This document shows positions 24,150 through 38,779 of a DNA stretch of 64,000 nucleotides, in pieces. Below the pieces are notes generated by a model that ran no database searches, was not told the origin of the DNA, and saw only the letters and a list, made by a program, of their open reading frames with translations. Source of the stretch: Octopus vulgaris (lineage: Eukaryota). Position 1 is the first letter of the stretch, and each line of letters opens with the position of its first letter. The stretch is taken from positions 18,600,001 to 18,664,000 of the forward strand of contig OX597839.1 of assembly GCA_951406725.2 (NCBI GenBank), written 5' to 3'. A program made the position numbers and the translations under genes.

Positions 24150-24189
<40 letters not shown>

Positions 24190-24214
24190 TGATAATGATG
24201 TGATAATATGAATG

Positions 24215-24246
<32 letters not shown>

Positions 24247-24323
24247 CATAATAATAATCATGTCCATCTTGTGAGTTGTGTAACAATGTAATTGTGTCGT
24301 ATTCATTCAAATGTCTATTCCAG

Positions 24324-24415
24324 GTGACCCCTTTAACCAAGATCCCTTTGCATCTGATGACCCCTTCAAAGATGCATTCCCAGTGGCTGATAATGAAGCT
24401 GCTGTATTTCCTAAG
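24324..24415 (+). CDS. EPS15L1: EPS15/EPS15L1 DPF exon (phase 1-0)
   Basis: attccag|GTGACC...CCTAAG|gtaaat. (S)DPFNQDPFASDDPFKDAFPVADNEAAVFPK; phase matches the previous exon. Confidence 0.93.
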
Positions 24416-24640
24416 GTAAATATTTCCTCCGTACCATGTTACCAGTGTCCGAAGTAGCTGCTTACCCAACTGGTTTACCGAACAATTGATTTGTGTTTTT
24501 TTTTTCTTCATCAAATTTTATTTATTTGTCCATTTTAGTTATTTTTGCTTTTTTTTTGTTTATAAAAAAAGCTAATTCTTTTAGAAAAGTTTTAGTTGGC
24601 ATAGTGATTCTAGTGTAAGTTTGTGTTTAAAATTTGATTG

Positions 24641-25014
24641 TTAACCCTTTAGAATTCAGATTATTCTGTCAAATGCAATGTTTAATTTATTCACATTGTT
24701 TTTAATTAATCATGCATTATCTTGTAGCTTTGAGATTTCAGTGATTTGATTCTTTATTTGTAGAATGACATTGTAGGGTGAGTGTGAGAGGCTGGATCTG
24801 GCTGGTTTTATTCTGTCAAATGTAGTGCTTATTTATTGACATTCCTTTGAATAGATCATGCATTATCTCAAAGCTTTGAGATATCAATGATGCAATTGTG
24901 TAATTTTAGGATGACATTGCATGGTAGGTGTGAGAGGCCAGATCTGGCCAGTTTGAACATAAATGAAAAAGAATATTTGGGCTGGATGTGGCCAGTTTAA
25001 ATGCTAAAGGGTTA
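24641..25014. mobile_element. TTAA-flanked (piggyBac-like) MITE
   Basis: TTAACCCTTTAG...CTAAAGGGTTAA. Related copies at ~25026-25835 (interrupted) and ~42965-43371. Confidence 0.6.
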
Positions 25015-25038
25015 AAGTTCATTCTGAACCCTTTAGCA

Positions 25039-25610
25039 CAGGTCTTCTCAACCGGGGTTCGTATGACCGCTGAGGGTCCATATACGATTTCAGGGGTCTT
25101 CACAAGCAAAATAGTGAATTAGGGATCCACAGTAGTATATTAAAGGTCCATGAAAAAATTTTGCTTTAAATGTATATATTAAAAGAAACATGTAGGCTTC
25201 TTTCTTTGATGTTTTACTTAATTCAACCTACACAAGTTAATGGGTGACAAACAAAATAGGAATTTTGAAAGAAGTTTCTATAAAACTCGTTTTTTAACAT
25301 CAAAGGCTATGGGGGTCCACCAGAATAAAATAGTAATCAAAGGGGTCCATAGGTAAAAAATGGTTGAGAACCTGAAGAAATTTTGCTGTAGATGTATGTA
25401 TTGGTATTAATTGCAAGAAACAGGTAGGTTTCTTTCTCTAATGTTTTACATAGTTCAACCTACACAAGTTAATGGGTGAAAAACAAAATAGAAATTTTTA
25501 AAGAAGTTTCTATAAAACTAGTTTCTAAACATTGAATAGCTATGGGAGTCCACCAGAATAAAATAGTAATCAAAGGGGTCCATAGATGAAAAATGATTGA
25601 AAACCCACTG
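25039..25610. mobile_element. hAT-like MITE
   Basis: Perfect 8-bp TSD CTTTAGCA at 25031-25038 and 25611-25618, ends CAGGTCTTCTCAAC...ATTGAAAACCCACTG. Confidence 0.85.
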
Positions 25611-28295
25611 CTTTAGCATTTAAGATTACCTAGCCAAATGCAATCCTTATTTATTCAAATTGTTTTGAATTAATTATGCAATATCTCATAGCTTTTGGGA
25701 TTTTAATGGCACGATTGCTTATTTGTTGAAATGACACCGTAGGTTAGGTATGAGAGGCTGGATATGGCTGGTTTAAGCATAAAACAGGTAGAATATTTGA
25801 GCCATTTATGGCTGGTCTACATACTAAAGAATTAAATGTCTCACAATATATTTGAAAATTTTCATGAAAATATATTCTTTCTTTTTATTTATTTCTTGTC
25901 CATTTGTTTATAGTGAGGATTTACATAAGTGTCTGAAAAACCTTTGTGTTGTTTTATATATTAATATATTTGTTGTTTCTTCCTATTATATTTTTATATG
26001 AATTAATCAGGCGCAAGGATAGCACTCATGATTTTTCTCAGGGTCTCCCCGTGACTGGTGGGAATAATTGAGTGGTGAGGGTTATTCTCAAGCTTAACCA
26101 GAATCTTTGGAAGGGATTGTGTTCAAATAGATTTATCCAAATACCTGGGGAAGGCCCATGGAATCGTGGTAAAGGTGTTTAACTCACAGTTGCAAGATCA
26201 TGGTTTTGGTTCCTGGATTGGGTGGTGTATTCTCTTCTCGAATCAATGCACTTCGTTTCACATTGCCCCAGTCCGCGCAGCTGTAAAAGCACAACCCTGC
26301 AATGGACTGAGCTCCCTGTTCAGAGGAATTGTTGTGATATTAGAGATTGGGTAGCTGGTGCTATGAGTTCTGGGACTTCAGACAGTAATGTCCTGGAGTT
26401 GATGATGAGGTTGACAATAATGATGAGGATGATGATAAAGAGGATGATGATGATGAGCATGATAATGATGATGGTGATGAAGAGGATGACGATAATGGTA
26501 ATAAAAAGGATGATGATGACAATATCAAAGCGTGCAACACATGTAAGCATGGAAAACAGATGTTATGTGATGATGATAATGATGATGATGAGAGAACATG
26601 AAATAATTCTCCTTTGGAATGATCTCTAAGCCGATAAAATTGTAAATAATAGCATATGAATACTGGGTTAAAAAGACTCTTTGGATAGAAAAAGTTGAAG
26701 GCACTTGATTGGCTGTGTGGTTAACAAGTTTGTTCTAGAACCATGTGGTTTTAGGTTCAGTCCTAATGCATGGGCAAATTATTCCTAACATTGCTTTGAG
26801 CCATTGTTTATGAAATTGGTTAGAAGGAAACTGTGAAGAAGCTCATGTGATGGTCTATACTTATTCTTGGTTGGTAGGCTTAGTTGCCTTGTTTAACACC
26901 AGCCTTTTGTGCTTTTAGTATAGTATACTTGATGCTTGCATTTGGATGAAGCCTCTGATTTATGGAAAGCGGGGAAATTGGCAAACTAGTAGAGTTGTTA
27001 GGCTGTCCAGTAGAATGAATTTGGGGTTCTGTTTGGACTATCTGCCAAGGTAGTCTTATCATTCCATCTTTTATGGATTGATAAAAAGGTACCAATCCAG
27101 GCCAGTGGAATGGTGGAACCATTAGAGCACCAGATGATATGCCTGGCTCTTCCTCTTCTGGTTCTTCCTGTTCTGACAGCAGTGTTTTGTGATGACATTG
27201 ATGGCGTGAATGATAATGGACGAAGGTCCTGGCTGTCTGTGCCACTAGAACAGTGTTGTCTGTGGTTGAACTGTCTGATGTACAAATAGCAGTTGTGGGC
27301 TGTCCTCATACTGTTTGAGTTGTTGTATTCTCTATCTCTCCTGTATAGGGCATTTAGTAGGGCTTAACCCTAAGCAATACAATACGGGAGACAGGTTGCT
27401 GCCCATGTAGCATGTCCCCTCTTTCCACATCACTGATAGATCCAAAGGAACAGCATAGTCTTTACAAATTGGTGCCAGTCTCATTGCAAGAGTTGCCAGA
27501 ACAAGGTTGTAGACAATATTGAACAGCCTCAGGGGTTCCAGCCCCTATATTTTTCCTAAATTCTACTCTCAAAACCTTTTCTATGGCTGGGTATGGCTGC
27601 AAGGTAGCGAGGGTTTGAAATCAGTTTGTTCTTTCTGCCCATCTGCCCAACTGACTTGTTAATTAAACTCACCTCTGAGACCCTTACAAGAGCTACTTTC
27701 TCTGGGTCAGAGCAGACCTGGCAGGAATTAAGTTGTTAAGGGTTGGTTCCACACTCCACAAAACCTTGGAACTCCCAAAGAGCCCCCTCAGTACTGGATG
27801 CTGTAAGTCATGCCCTGGACAGGCATCACAAGCTGCCATTACAGACGCCAATATCATCACAGGCATCGGGATATATCAATCTTTGTACTGGGTAATATTG
27901 ATGGCATTGTGAAAGGAGGTTTACATATCAGATTTACATGCCTGGGTAACTGCTAATGTTCTACAAACAAAATGGAAAAAAAACCTCCCCAAAAACAACA
28001 AAAATAAAAACAAACTTTCTGTCCAGTGGAGACCTCCTGGTTTTAGGCTGACCCACAAGGCTTGTCTTTTCTTCCTCTCTGTCCCTATCACACTACCAGT
28101 CTCAAATGCCCAGTAAAAGAATTTATGGGGCTGCTCTTCATCCACTGATTAAACTATATATATGTAATAAGGAATTTGATGAGAATAATGCTTTAATAAA
28201 TTTTGAAGCTGTATAATTCTTCATTTTCCTCAATAATGTCTTGATTGTGTATATATATATATGTGTGTGTGTATATATATATGTGTATATATATA

Positions 28296-28334
<39 letters not shown>

Positions 28335-28337
<3 letters not shown>

Positions 28338-28860
28338 GTATTGAAGCCATTCTCATCGAAATACAACTTAGATGTTCAGGTCTTCTCTCACATATGAGTT
28401 ATATCAGAATTCCAAAGCAACTTCTCTTTGGACAATTCCCAACAAGAAGGTCAGTCGGAAGGCCACTCTTGCACTTCAAAGACAAACTAAAACACTATCT
28501 GAAGTGATGCAATATTCCCTTTTCTTCCTGGGTAAACACAGCATCAGCATGAAGGACCTGGTGCTATTCCTGCTTCTCCTCAGTTCAAAGATTTTGGGCA
28601 AAGTCGACTCCATCATCAGGACCAACTTTGTGCAAGCATGGAGGCATGCTGGCGAAATGCTGCTCTTCTAAATAGAAACCTTACCTGCCATTGGGGTTTT
28701 GTAGCATGGCACAAAGTAGCCCTTGCTATCCACTCAAGGAAACACATAGTAAATGATCCACAAGCACTCAAGTAGACTGAGTCCTCAATTTGTTTCCTTT
28801 TGCCAAAAGGTTTACAAGTCATCAGCAGGCCTCAAGAGACACAGTCATGTCCATGGAACA
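28335..28860 (+). mobile_element. RTE-clade LINE C-terminal fragment
   Basis: GIEAILIEIQLRCSGLLSHMSYIRIPKQLLFGQF..RRSVGRPLLHFKDKLK fits the RTE C-terminal pattern LRWxGH..RM...RxPK.LLxG. Confidence 0.75.
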
Positions 28861-31064
28861 TGATTAACACTTTATTTTACTTAACCCTCATTTGTTCTCC
28901 CCTGGCACCTGTGCCGGTGGCACGTAAAAAGCACCCACTACACTCACAGAGTGGTTGGCGTTAGGAAGGGCATCCAGCTGTAGAAACACTACCAGATCAG
29001 ACTGGAGTCTGGTGCAGCCTCCTGGCTTCCCAGACCCCGGTCGAACCGTCCAACCCATGCTAGCATGGAAAACGGACATTAAACGATGATGATAATATAT
29101 ATATATATTATATATACACATATGTATATATAACAGGTGGTGCTTTACAATAACACAATTGTTTCAGTATATATTGTTTTATTTTTTATTTGAAGGTTGT
29201 AGGCAACATGTTTTACATGATGTCAACATGTACTTTTAATTTTATATTTATGTATATATACAGAGAGATATTTTAAAATAATTTTTTTTATTATATATGT
29301 TATGAATGTCCCTTCTTTTTAATTTATTTCAGGCATAATGTGTTTAATGTACATTTTCCTTGTTTTTTTTTAAGATAGTAGGCTTTAGTGAGTTATTAAT
29401 ATGTTTGTTTCGTTTTATGTACAAAGTGGAACAAACTATTGTTGTTTCGTCTAAAGAGTATTGTGACTAAAGAAGGAAGGAAAATGTTCAAGGATCACAA
29501 CTCTCTGTGCTACCACCACAGAGCAGCTAAATCTCCTTATAAATCCATTACATACACACACACACACACACACACATTCAATAATTGCATAATTACAACC
29601 TATTCAAATACACAGGCATGTATGTACATACACACACACACATACATACATACATACACACATACATATATATAAAATACCTATGCACATCTTTTTTATG
29701 TTTGCTTTGTTCACGTGAATGTCTATGCACACAAATGATAACATAGAGTAAATATACACACACACACACACACACACACATGCGCGTGCATACAAAATGA
29801 TGGTTGTTAACTCATAGATGGATATGACCATCACTGACCAAAGCAAAACCTGTGCAAAATTCTGGATCCAGTAATGCTTGTAAACCCATCTCATAGGCCC
29901 TCTCTATCCTACTGACATGATTCAGAGAGAGACAAGCCAGGGCAAGATATTCAAAGCCGGTATGGATTGCAGGTTCAGGAATGTCGGAGCACCACGAACT
30001 CAAGCACAAGAAGAAGATCCCCCAAATGTTCAACACCATTCCCTGCATATCTGGTTTTATATCAGAGGGACCTTCTCCTAGAGACATGCTTTAACAAAAG
30101 CTGAGGGGTGCCTCATTCCCAGTGGTCTTCCAGCATCCTGAACACCAATTCAGAATTTCTGAGACCCCATGCTGTTGTTAGGTGGTCATTGAACCTACAC
30201 TGGGTTCATCCGTCCCTTTGGTAGGTCTTGTTTTAAGTCCTGCTGGGTATCTAGCAACCTTCCTCGCATACATACATGTATGCATACATGATACATACAT
30301 ATATACATACACACACATTGTCGAAGTACCAATCTTGAGAAATTAGGTTTTTCAAAACCAGAAATGAGAAAGCTGGTTCGAAGACTACAGATCTGTAAAA
30401 CTTTTCAGAGGTTTAGCATTTAAGTATATATGAGCATGTCTAAATGTGCAAGTATTTGCATGAAAATACATAAAAATAAGAATGCATACATGCATACAAA
30501 CAAACAAATAAATGAATAAATAAGCAAACAAACAAACAAAAATACCCTAAAATGTTGTTGAAATTCCAATGAAGGAGCTTTGGATTTAGATTAGAAACTG
30601 ACTCTTGCTCTATTGGCAAGAAATCTTGAAATAAAACTGAATAATGACATACATCGCCATGTATACATACATACATGTGTAAATACTTACTGTATACATA
30701 CATAGGTGTGCGTGCATATACACATGCATACACACATCCATGCATACATATATACATACATTTTTGATTGTTGCGGGGGAAGTATTTTTCTTTATATATG
30801 TGATGGTGTTGTTTTCATTGTGTTTTTTTAACTCCCACATTTCTGTTACTGCTGCTGCTACTACTACTACTACCACTACTACTACTACTAAAATGACTAT
30901 ACTGCATGACTTATAGTTTGCCTTTAATTTCACTAATTATACTGATTCGTTAATTTGAAGCCATTGTGTTAATTTCCTTTCTTTCTTTCCTTCTTCCTTT
31001 CTTTCTTTCTTTCTCCTCCCCTCTTACTGCTTTCTAATCCATCTCCTTCCCCCATCCTCTAGAC

Positions 31065-31408
31065 CATTGGTTATCAACTGGGGTTCATATGGCCCCTGAG
31101 GGGTCCATTTCAGATTTCTGGGGTGTCCATGCAACAATATAGTAAATTGGGGATTCACATCAGTATTTTAAGGGGCCCTGAAAAAATTTTCCTTTAGACG
31201 TATGTATTGGTACGTATTGCAAGAAACAGCCATTCATTAACATTTTACAGAGTTCAACCTACACAACTTAACACATGAAAGATAAAATAGGAATTTCTAA
31301 AGAGGTTTCTATAAAACTAGTTTTTAAACATCGAATGGCAATGGGGGTACAGCAGAATAAAATGGTAATCAAAGGGGTCCATAGATAAAAATTGGTTGAG
31401 AACCCTTG
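31065..31408. mobile_element. hAT-like MITE (short form)
   Basis: Near-TSD CTCTAGAC/CTCTTGAC; homologous to 25039-25610. Confidence 0.75.
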
Positions 31409-31457
31409 CTCTTGACTGATATTGCCTGTATAACTATGTTATGTATGTGTGTGTGTA

Positions 31458-31498
<41 letters not shown>

Positions 31499-31630
31499 TT
31501 ATGTATGTATATATATGTATATATATATATATATATAAATATATATGTATGTATATATATATAATATATATATATGTATGTATATATATATATATAGTAT
31601 ATATAGGTATATATATATAGTGTATGTATA

Positions 31631-31686
<56 letters not shown>

Positions 31687-31785
31687 TCAAAATAAAAATA
31701 TGTATGTATATATGTATGTATAGTATGTATATATATATATAAATATATGTATGTATATATATATAAATATATATATGTATTATAG

Positions 31786-31869
<84 letters not shown>

Positions 31870-31980
31870 CAAAATAAAAACATGATGCCAAGGTACATAT
31901 GTTTTGGGCCTTTATTAGACGGTTTTATAACAATGCATAATGTGTGTCTATGGCCTTCTTCAGCCGCGTACAATTACTAC

Positions 31981-32013
<33 letters not shown>

Positions 32014-33362
32014 GTGTATGTATGTATGTGTGTGTGTTTGTGTGAAGGCATATGGCTCAGTGGTTAAATCGTCAGGCTTGCAATTGTGAGGTAGTGAGTT
32101 CGATTCTCAGACCGGGCTGTGTGTTGTGTTCTTGAGCAAGACACTTTATTTCATGTTGCTCCTGTTCACTCAGCTGTAGAGATGAGTTGTGATGTCACTG
32201 GTCTTTGTCTTTCTCTTCAATAACACTGGTGGCATGGAGAAGTGAGGCTGGCATGCATGGGTGACCACTGGCCTTCCATAAACAACCTTGTGCCTCAGAG
32301 GGGAACTTTTTAGGTGCAATCCCATAAATAAATATAAATATATATTTATTTATTTATTTATCAATCTGTGTATCATACTTAAAGCAGATATGTCATTGAA
32401 AGCCTGCTAAACTGAAGTATTTATCTTGAGAAAGCATCTGTTATAGATGTATTGTGTTAAAAAACACAACAGTTAAGCAATGGGGTCAATTTAATCAACT
32501 TATCCCTTCTCCCAAGATTGCTGGATTTGTGCCTAAACTTGAAATCATTTATTATTATTAAGACAGCAAGCTGGCAGAATCCTTAGCATACCAGGCAGAA
32601 TGCTCAGTGGAATTTCACCCATCTTTATGTCCTGAGTTCACATTCTGAGGTCAACTTTGCCTTTCGTCCTTGTAGGGAGTCAGTAAAATACGTACCAGTC
32701 GAGTACTGGTGTCAGTGTAATCAAATAGACCCTTCCCGCCTAGTTTCAGGCCTCTCACCTAGAGTAGAAAGGATTATTATTATTACGTAAAATAATTACG
32801 TAAAAAGCACCCACTACACCCTCGGAGTGGTTGGCATTAGGAAGGGCATCCAAAGCACCCACTACACTCTCAGAGTGGTTGGCGTTAGGAAGGGCATCCA
32901 GCCGTAGAAACATTGCCAAATCAGACTGGGCCTGGTGCAGCCTTCTGGCTTCCCAGACCCCAGTTGAACCGTCCAACCCATGCTAGCATGGAAAGCGGAC
33001 GCTAAACGATGATGATGATTATTATTGTTATCCATCCATTTTCTTTGCCCACTATTTCCAAGAGGGTTGGTGGGGTAGAATCATGAAGTACTTCCTCTGT
33101 AGGGTCCTTTGACAAGAAACTGTCATCCATCTATTATTACACTTTACATAGAAACTGGGTGACCAGCCCTATTTGATGATAGTATTCAAGGCAGTACTTA
33201 CTTACTATCCTCCTATCTAATATCTGTTGCTACTAGAAACCTACATATTTATCGTTCAACATTTCCTCCTGCAGGTTGTCAATTCTCCAATCCATTTCGC
33301 CATCTCAAACTTGTTCAACTATTAATTGCTTTGTTTTCTTGTTTTATTCTTGCTATCACCAG

Positions 33363-33467
33363 ACGGACAGTTTTGGCAGTAGTGCTACCGATCCCTTTCA
33401 AAGTACGTTCTCAAACACAAATAAAAAACCTGAAGCGTTTGCAGCATTCGGGGACCCCAAACCAAAG
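33363..33467 (+). CDS. EPS15L1: EPS15/EPS15L1 exon (phase 0-0)
   Basis: atcaccag|ACGGAC...CCAAAG|gtaagt, 105 nt. TDSFGSSATDPFQSTFSNTNKKPEAFAAFGDPKPK. Confidence 0.92.
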
Positions 33468-34795
33468 GTAAGTCAGTGAGAAAGAATCCATTTTCACCTG
33501 TGTGGTGCTTTCAGCTCGCAAACCCTCCATCATACTTCCCAGTCTAAAACTGCAAGAACACAGAACACAGGTTCTTTTTTATCCATCAATCCATTCATCT
33601 CTCCTCCTCCCACTTATTTCTGGGAGGGTCATGGGGATAAAGTCCCCAGGTAGCTCCTCCATAGGGTTCTACAAGAAGCGTCTGTGATTCCAAGTGTGAC
33701 TAACTGAAACTGGATATTATCCAAGCAGCTCATTCTTGGTTGTGGAAGCACATATCTTGATGGTTAGGGTGTTGGACTTGTGATCCTAAGATTGTGGTTT
33801 CAAATCCTGGCCTGGGTGATGTATTGTGTTCTTGAGCAAAACACTTCATTTCACATTGCTCCAGTCCACTCAACTGGCAAAAGTGGGCAAGTCTCTGATG
33901 GACCGGTGTCCCATCCAGGGAAGAATATATATATTTCTTTACTACCCACAAGCGGCTAAACATAGAGGGGACAAACAAGGACAGACAAAGGGATGAAGTC
34001 GATTACATCGACCCAGTGTGAAACTGGTTCTTTATTTATCGACCCCGAGAGGATAAAAGGCAAAGTCGACCTCGGCGGAATTTGAACTCAGAACGTAGCG
34101 ACAGACGAAATACTGCTAAGCATTTCGCCCAGCGCGCTAACGTTTCTGCCAGCTCACCGCCTTATAAGGGAAGAATATATATGTTAGTGAAACCAGGAAA
34201 CTGGTCCCCATGCTCCTTAAAGGTGTAATGTGGACTTACAAACTCATTCTTGATCTACCCTTAAGTCCCTTTCTGGTGTATTTGGCTTGAAAAATCCATC
34301 TTGTGATTCTTACCTAATTATATGTCTGTGATAATTCTAAGCACATGTGTCTGTAGAATCGATGCTGTGACTTCTCAATGCAAACAAGTAGCAGTTCCAC
34401 CAGGAGAGACCCCTTTTTATCTCCAAGCTACACACCCTGTCCAGTAATCTTACTTTGGAGATCCTGCGGAGGAACCTCATTTCGGCTGCTAGTATTCTCT
34501 GGTCAAATATGAATACCGTCTTGGTGCCTGGATAAGACCACCAAATACAGCACTATGGAAAGACGCTTTGTTTATTATATTCTTTTATTTGTTTCGGTCA
34601 TTTGGCTGCGGCCATACTGGAGCACTGCCTTTAGTCGAACAAATCGACCACAGGACTTATTCTTTGTAAGACTAGTACTTATTCTATCGGTCTCTTTTGC
34701 CGAACCGCTAAGTTACGGTGACATAAATACACCAAAATCGGTTGTCAAGTGATTGTGGGGGGGACAAACACAGACACAAACATAAATATACATAC

Positions 34796-34828
<33 letters not shown>

Positions 34829-35251
34829 TGTATGTATGTATGTATATATATATATTAGGAAGGGCATCCAGCTGTAGAAACACTGCCAGATCAGACTGGG
34901 CCTGGTGCAGCCTTCTGGCTTCCCAGACCCCAGTTGAACCGTCCAACCCATGCTAGCATGGAAAGCGGACATTAAACGATGATGATGATGATATATATAT
35001 ATATATATATATATTACATGTTTATATGCTCACATACACACAGCTTCATTAAGTTTCTGTCTATGGAAGACAGTTGCTCAGGGTGCCACAGTATGGGACT
35101 GAACCCTAAAGCATATGGTTATGAAGCAAACCTCTTACCACACAGCCATACCTGTATGTTTTGTTTTTTGTTTATAATTTTTTTTTCTCTCTGTCCGTGT
35201 CAATTTTTTTTGTCTCCTCTCACTCTCATTTTTTTTTCTTATTTCCTCCAG

Positions 35252-35524
35252 AGTAACAAAGGTGATCTTTTCGGAAGTGTTCCATTTGTGAAGTCTAATT
35301 CAAAATCCCCAACTCCACCAAACCTTCCTCCTAAACAGAAGAAACAGCCCCCTCCTCGGCCTGCACCACCACGCCCCAAAAGCTCTCCTGCAGCTAAGAA
35401 AAAAGATGAACTCTTTGCAAATTTCGGTAACGATCCATTCACTGGGAATGATCCCTTTGCCAGTTCCACTGGTAACAATCCTGAGTGTAGTCTTGAAAAT
35501 TTTGCTGACTTCAGTCCCAGCAAG
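35252..35524 (+). CDS. EPS15L1: EPS15/EPS15L1 proline-rich/DPF/FADF exon (phase 0-0)
   Basis: cctccag|AGTAAC...AGCAAG|gtaaga, 273 nt. PNLPPKQKKQPPPRPAPPRP...NDPFTGNDPFA...NFADFSPSK. Confidence 0.95.
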
Positions 35525-35544
35525 GTAAGATCATCCACATACCC

Positions 35545-36330
35545 ATTATTTACATTTGACAGATATTTGTCCTCATCTTGTTTGTTGTTAACATGTTTTG
35601 GCTGATATACCCTCTGCCCTTCATCAGAACCTGGGTTCTCATTCCTAAGGTATTTTTCAATGTTATTATTATTATTATTCAGGTCACTGCTTGGAATTGA
35701 ACTCGGAATCTTGGGGTTAGTAGCCTGTGCTCTTAACTACTACGTCACATGCCCACGGGCAATTGAGTGAATTTTAGGGCTTTTAAATCTAATATTTTCC
35801 CATCCTTCCTTAATACTGATTCCCTTATGCTATTCATATCTGCACTCAGTCTGCTTAGGAGGTTGTTATGTCCTAGCATATATGCTGCTTCTTTTAGTTT
35901 TCATATTTTCCTGTAGTGTTCTTTGTCTATTATTTTAACTTCATTCCACAGGGGGAGGTGGTCTCCATTTATCTATACATCATCAGCTATACCCGATTTA
36001 TCAATATCTCCCCGTGTCACAGCTTTGCAATGTTCCTCTACCCTTATTTTGAGGGGCAGCATGTTTCACCTTTGTATAACCTACCATAGTTGCATGGAAT
36101 AGAGTACACGCGATTCTTAGTCATATTCTCTTTTATTGTTTATTTTAGCCGAAGGAGATATTTGTGAAGATATTGTGAAGTGTTGAATACTCTTGAATAC
36201 TGTCCTGATGTCATATGGGCCACATATCTTTTGCATCTTTTCAGAGAGGCCTTTCACATAGGGTAGACAGACTGTGGACAGTTTATGGGTTTCATCCCCT
36301 CTTTTCTTCATAATTGGAGTCCCCACTCAC
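35545..36330 (-). mobile_element. Poseidon-like PLE 3' fragment: thumb/linker, degenerate GIY-YIG endonuclease and pLTR
   Basis: LPYVKGLSEK..ICGPYDIRTVFK, then frameshifted VYSIPC..YKGET..PLKIRVEEH..KSGIA..LWNEVKIIDKE..KLKEA. The pLTR has CTGATGAAGG near 35625. Confidence 0.8.
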
Positions 36331-37092
36331 ACAATTGCTAAATTCTTTAACTTTGTCAGCCCTCTGGTTTCTCTACCAGCACTTGTGAGGGTTGCCAGGT
36401 TATTTGCAAGACAGAAAAAGAACAGGAAAAAGGAAAGAAGAAACAAAAAACTTTCCTTGACTAAGTGGAGGTGTGTGGGAGTATTTCAAAAGGGGGAGGA
36501 GGCTTTTGTTTTCCAGGTCCAACCCATGCCAGCATAGAAAATGGACGTTAAACAATGATGATGTGTTTAGAGGGTAAAGTTTGATAGAGGAGCAAGCACG
36601 AATGCCTTGTTATAGAGGAGGTGACCCCATATTACATAAAGGTATGTGGGTGTGGTGGCAAGGAGATAGAGATGGTAGTGATGGAGTGCCAGAACAAATT
36701 CTTGCATAAAACAATATGGACTGTGGATCAGGGGTAGTGGAAAGGGTGTTATTTCATAAGGGTGCTGGGAAAGAATAACAGATGGTTATAGAGGTAGATA
36801 AAACGGAATGGTAGCGAAGAAGGGAGAAGGTGCAGCTGATGGGAAATAACAGTATATCGTTAGGGTGGGTTACAGGTGAGACAGGTGGGTTACAAGTTAG
36901 TCTATGGCCAAGCTGGGTCCTGGGCTTGTAGGTAATGTCCAGATTCTGAAGAAAGCTTATTGTCAGCAACTTATTGTCATGTAGGAGGATACAACCAGTT
37001 TAATAGCTGCTTGTGATGAAGAATCTTATACTCCGAGCCTTGTCCTTTTGCTTGAGAGTGGAGAAGAGAGAAACAGGCTTTGACTATGGATA

Positions 37093-37678
37093 ATCTTTTC
37101 TACTCTAGGCATAAGGCCCAAAATTTTTGGGGAGAGGGCCAGTTGATTAGATTGATCCCAGTATGCAACTGGTACTTAATTTATCGACCCTGAAAGGATG
37201 AAAGGTAAAGTCGACCTTGGCGGAATTTGAACTTAGAATGTAAAGATAGATGAGATACCTATTTCTTAACTACCCACAAGGGGCTAAACACAGAGAGGAC
37301 AAACAAGGACAGACAAACGGATTAAGTCGATTATATCGACCCCAGTGTGTAACTGGTACTTAATTTATCGACCCTGAAAGGATGAAAGGTAAAGTCGACC
37401 TTGGTAGAATTTGATCTCAGAATGTAAAGATAGATGAGATACCTATTTCTTAACTACCCACAAGGGGCTAAACACAGAGAGGACAAACAAGGACAGACAA
37501 ACGGATTAAGTCGATTATATCGACCCCAGTGCGTAACTGGTACTTAATTTATCGACCCTGAAAGGATGAAAGGCAAAGTTGACCTCGGCGGAATTTGAAC
37601 TCAGAACATAACGGCAGACGAAATACCGCTAAATATTTCAACTGGCTCACTAATGTGTCTGCCAGCTCGCTGCCTTTT
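37093..37678 (-). repeat. SINE family C with 184-bp tandem re-duplication
   Basis: ATCGACCCTGAAAGGATGAAAGG at 37183, 37367 and 37551. Confidence 0.85.
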
Positions 37679-38779
37679 TGACTATGGATAATGTGCCATA
37701 AGTGACCACCCCACTTTTTTCTCTCTCTTTCCTAAACTTTCTAATGCAGTGGTCCTAAAGTAGTGCTTTATGAGGTATCCCCTGTTGTGCTGTAGATTTT
37801 CAAAAGTATCAATGCGCTGGTGGCACTTAAAAGGCACCCAGTACATTCTCGGAGTGGTTGATGTTAGGAAGGGCATCCAGCTGTAGAAACCTTGCCAGAT
37901 CATATTGGAGCCTGATGCAGCTTCCTGGCTTGCCAGTCCTCAGTCAAACTGTCCAACCCATGCCAGCATGGAAAGCAGACGTTAAACAATGCTACTGCTG
38001 TTGATGATGATGATTATATCAGTGGTTAAGTATATTGGTTTCAAATTTTGGCACAAGGCCAGCAATGTTGGGGGAGGGGTTAAGTCGATTACATCAACCA
38101 CAGTGTTCCCCTGGTCCTTGCATTATCAACCCTGAAAGAATGAAAAGCAAAGTTGACCTTGGCAGAAATTGAACTCAGACCATGAAGACAGACGTAATAC
38201 CTATTTCTTTACTACCCACAAGGGGCTAAACACAGAGAGAACAAACAAGGACAGGCAAATGGATTAAGTCGATTACATTGACCCCAGTGCGTAACTGGTA
38301 CTTATTATTTAATTGACCCCGAAAGGATGAAAGGCAGTCGACCTCGGTGGAATTCGAACTCAGAATGTAGCGGCAGACGAAATACCGCTATGCATTTCAC
38401 TCGGCATGCTAACGATTCTGCCAGCTCGCCGCTTTAGATGCACTATATATTGGTTTCCAATTTTGGCACAAGGCCAGCAATTCTAGGGGACGTGGGGTTA
38501 AGTTGATTACATCAACTCCAATGCTCAGCTGGTACTTCTTTTATCAACTTCGAAAGGAAAAAAGATGTAGTGAACCTCAACAGCATTTGAACTCAGAATG
38601 TAAAGACAGATGAAATACCACTAAGCATTTTGCCCAGCGTGGTAACAATTTTATCAGCTCCCCACCTTAAAAAATGAAATATTAATAATTCTAGAGCCAT
38701 TTAAAGAAAGGAAAAATAATGACCAGCTACAGCTAGTTCTTCAAAGATGATGATTTAAATATATTCTTTGAATAATTTA

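Noticed and set aside
26011-26070. Possible extra EPS15 exon after aattaatcag
   Set aside because: The required phase 0 hits TAG at codon 4, and no EPS15-like motifs are present.
26222-26629. Met-rich 135-aa ORF
   Set aside because: A (GAT)n-type low-complexity SINE tail region.
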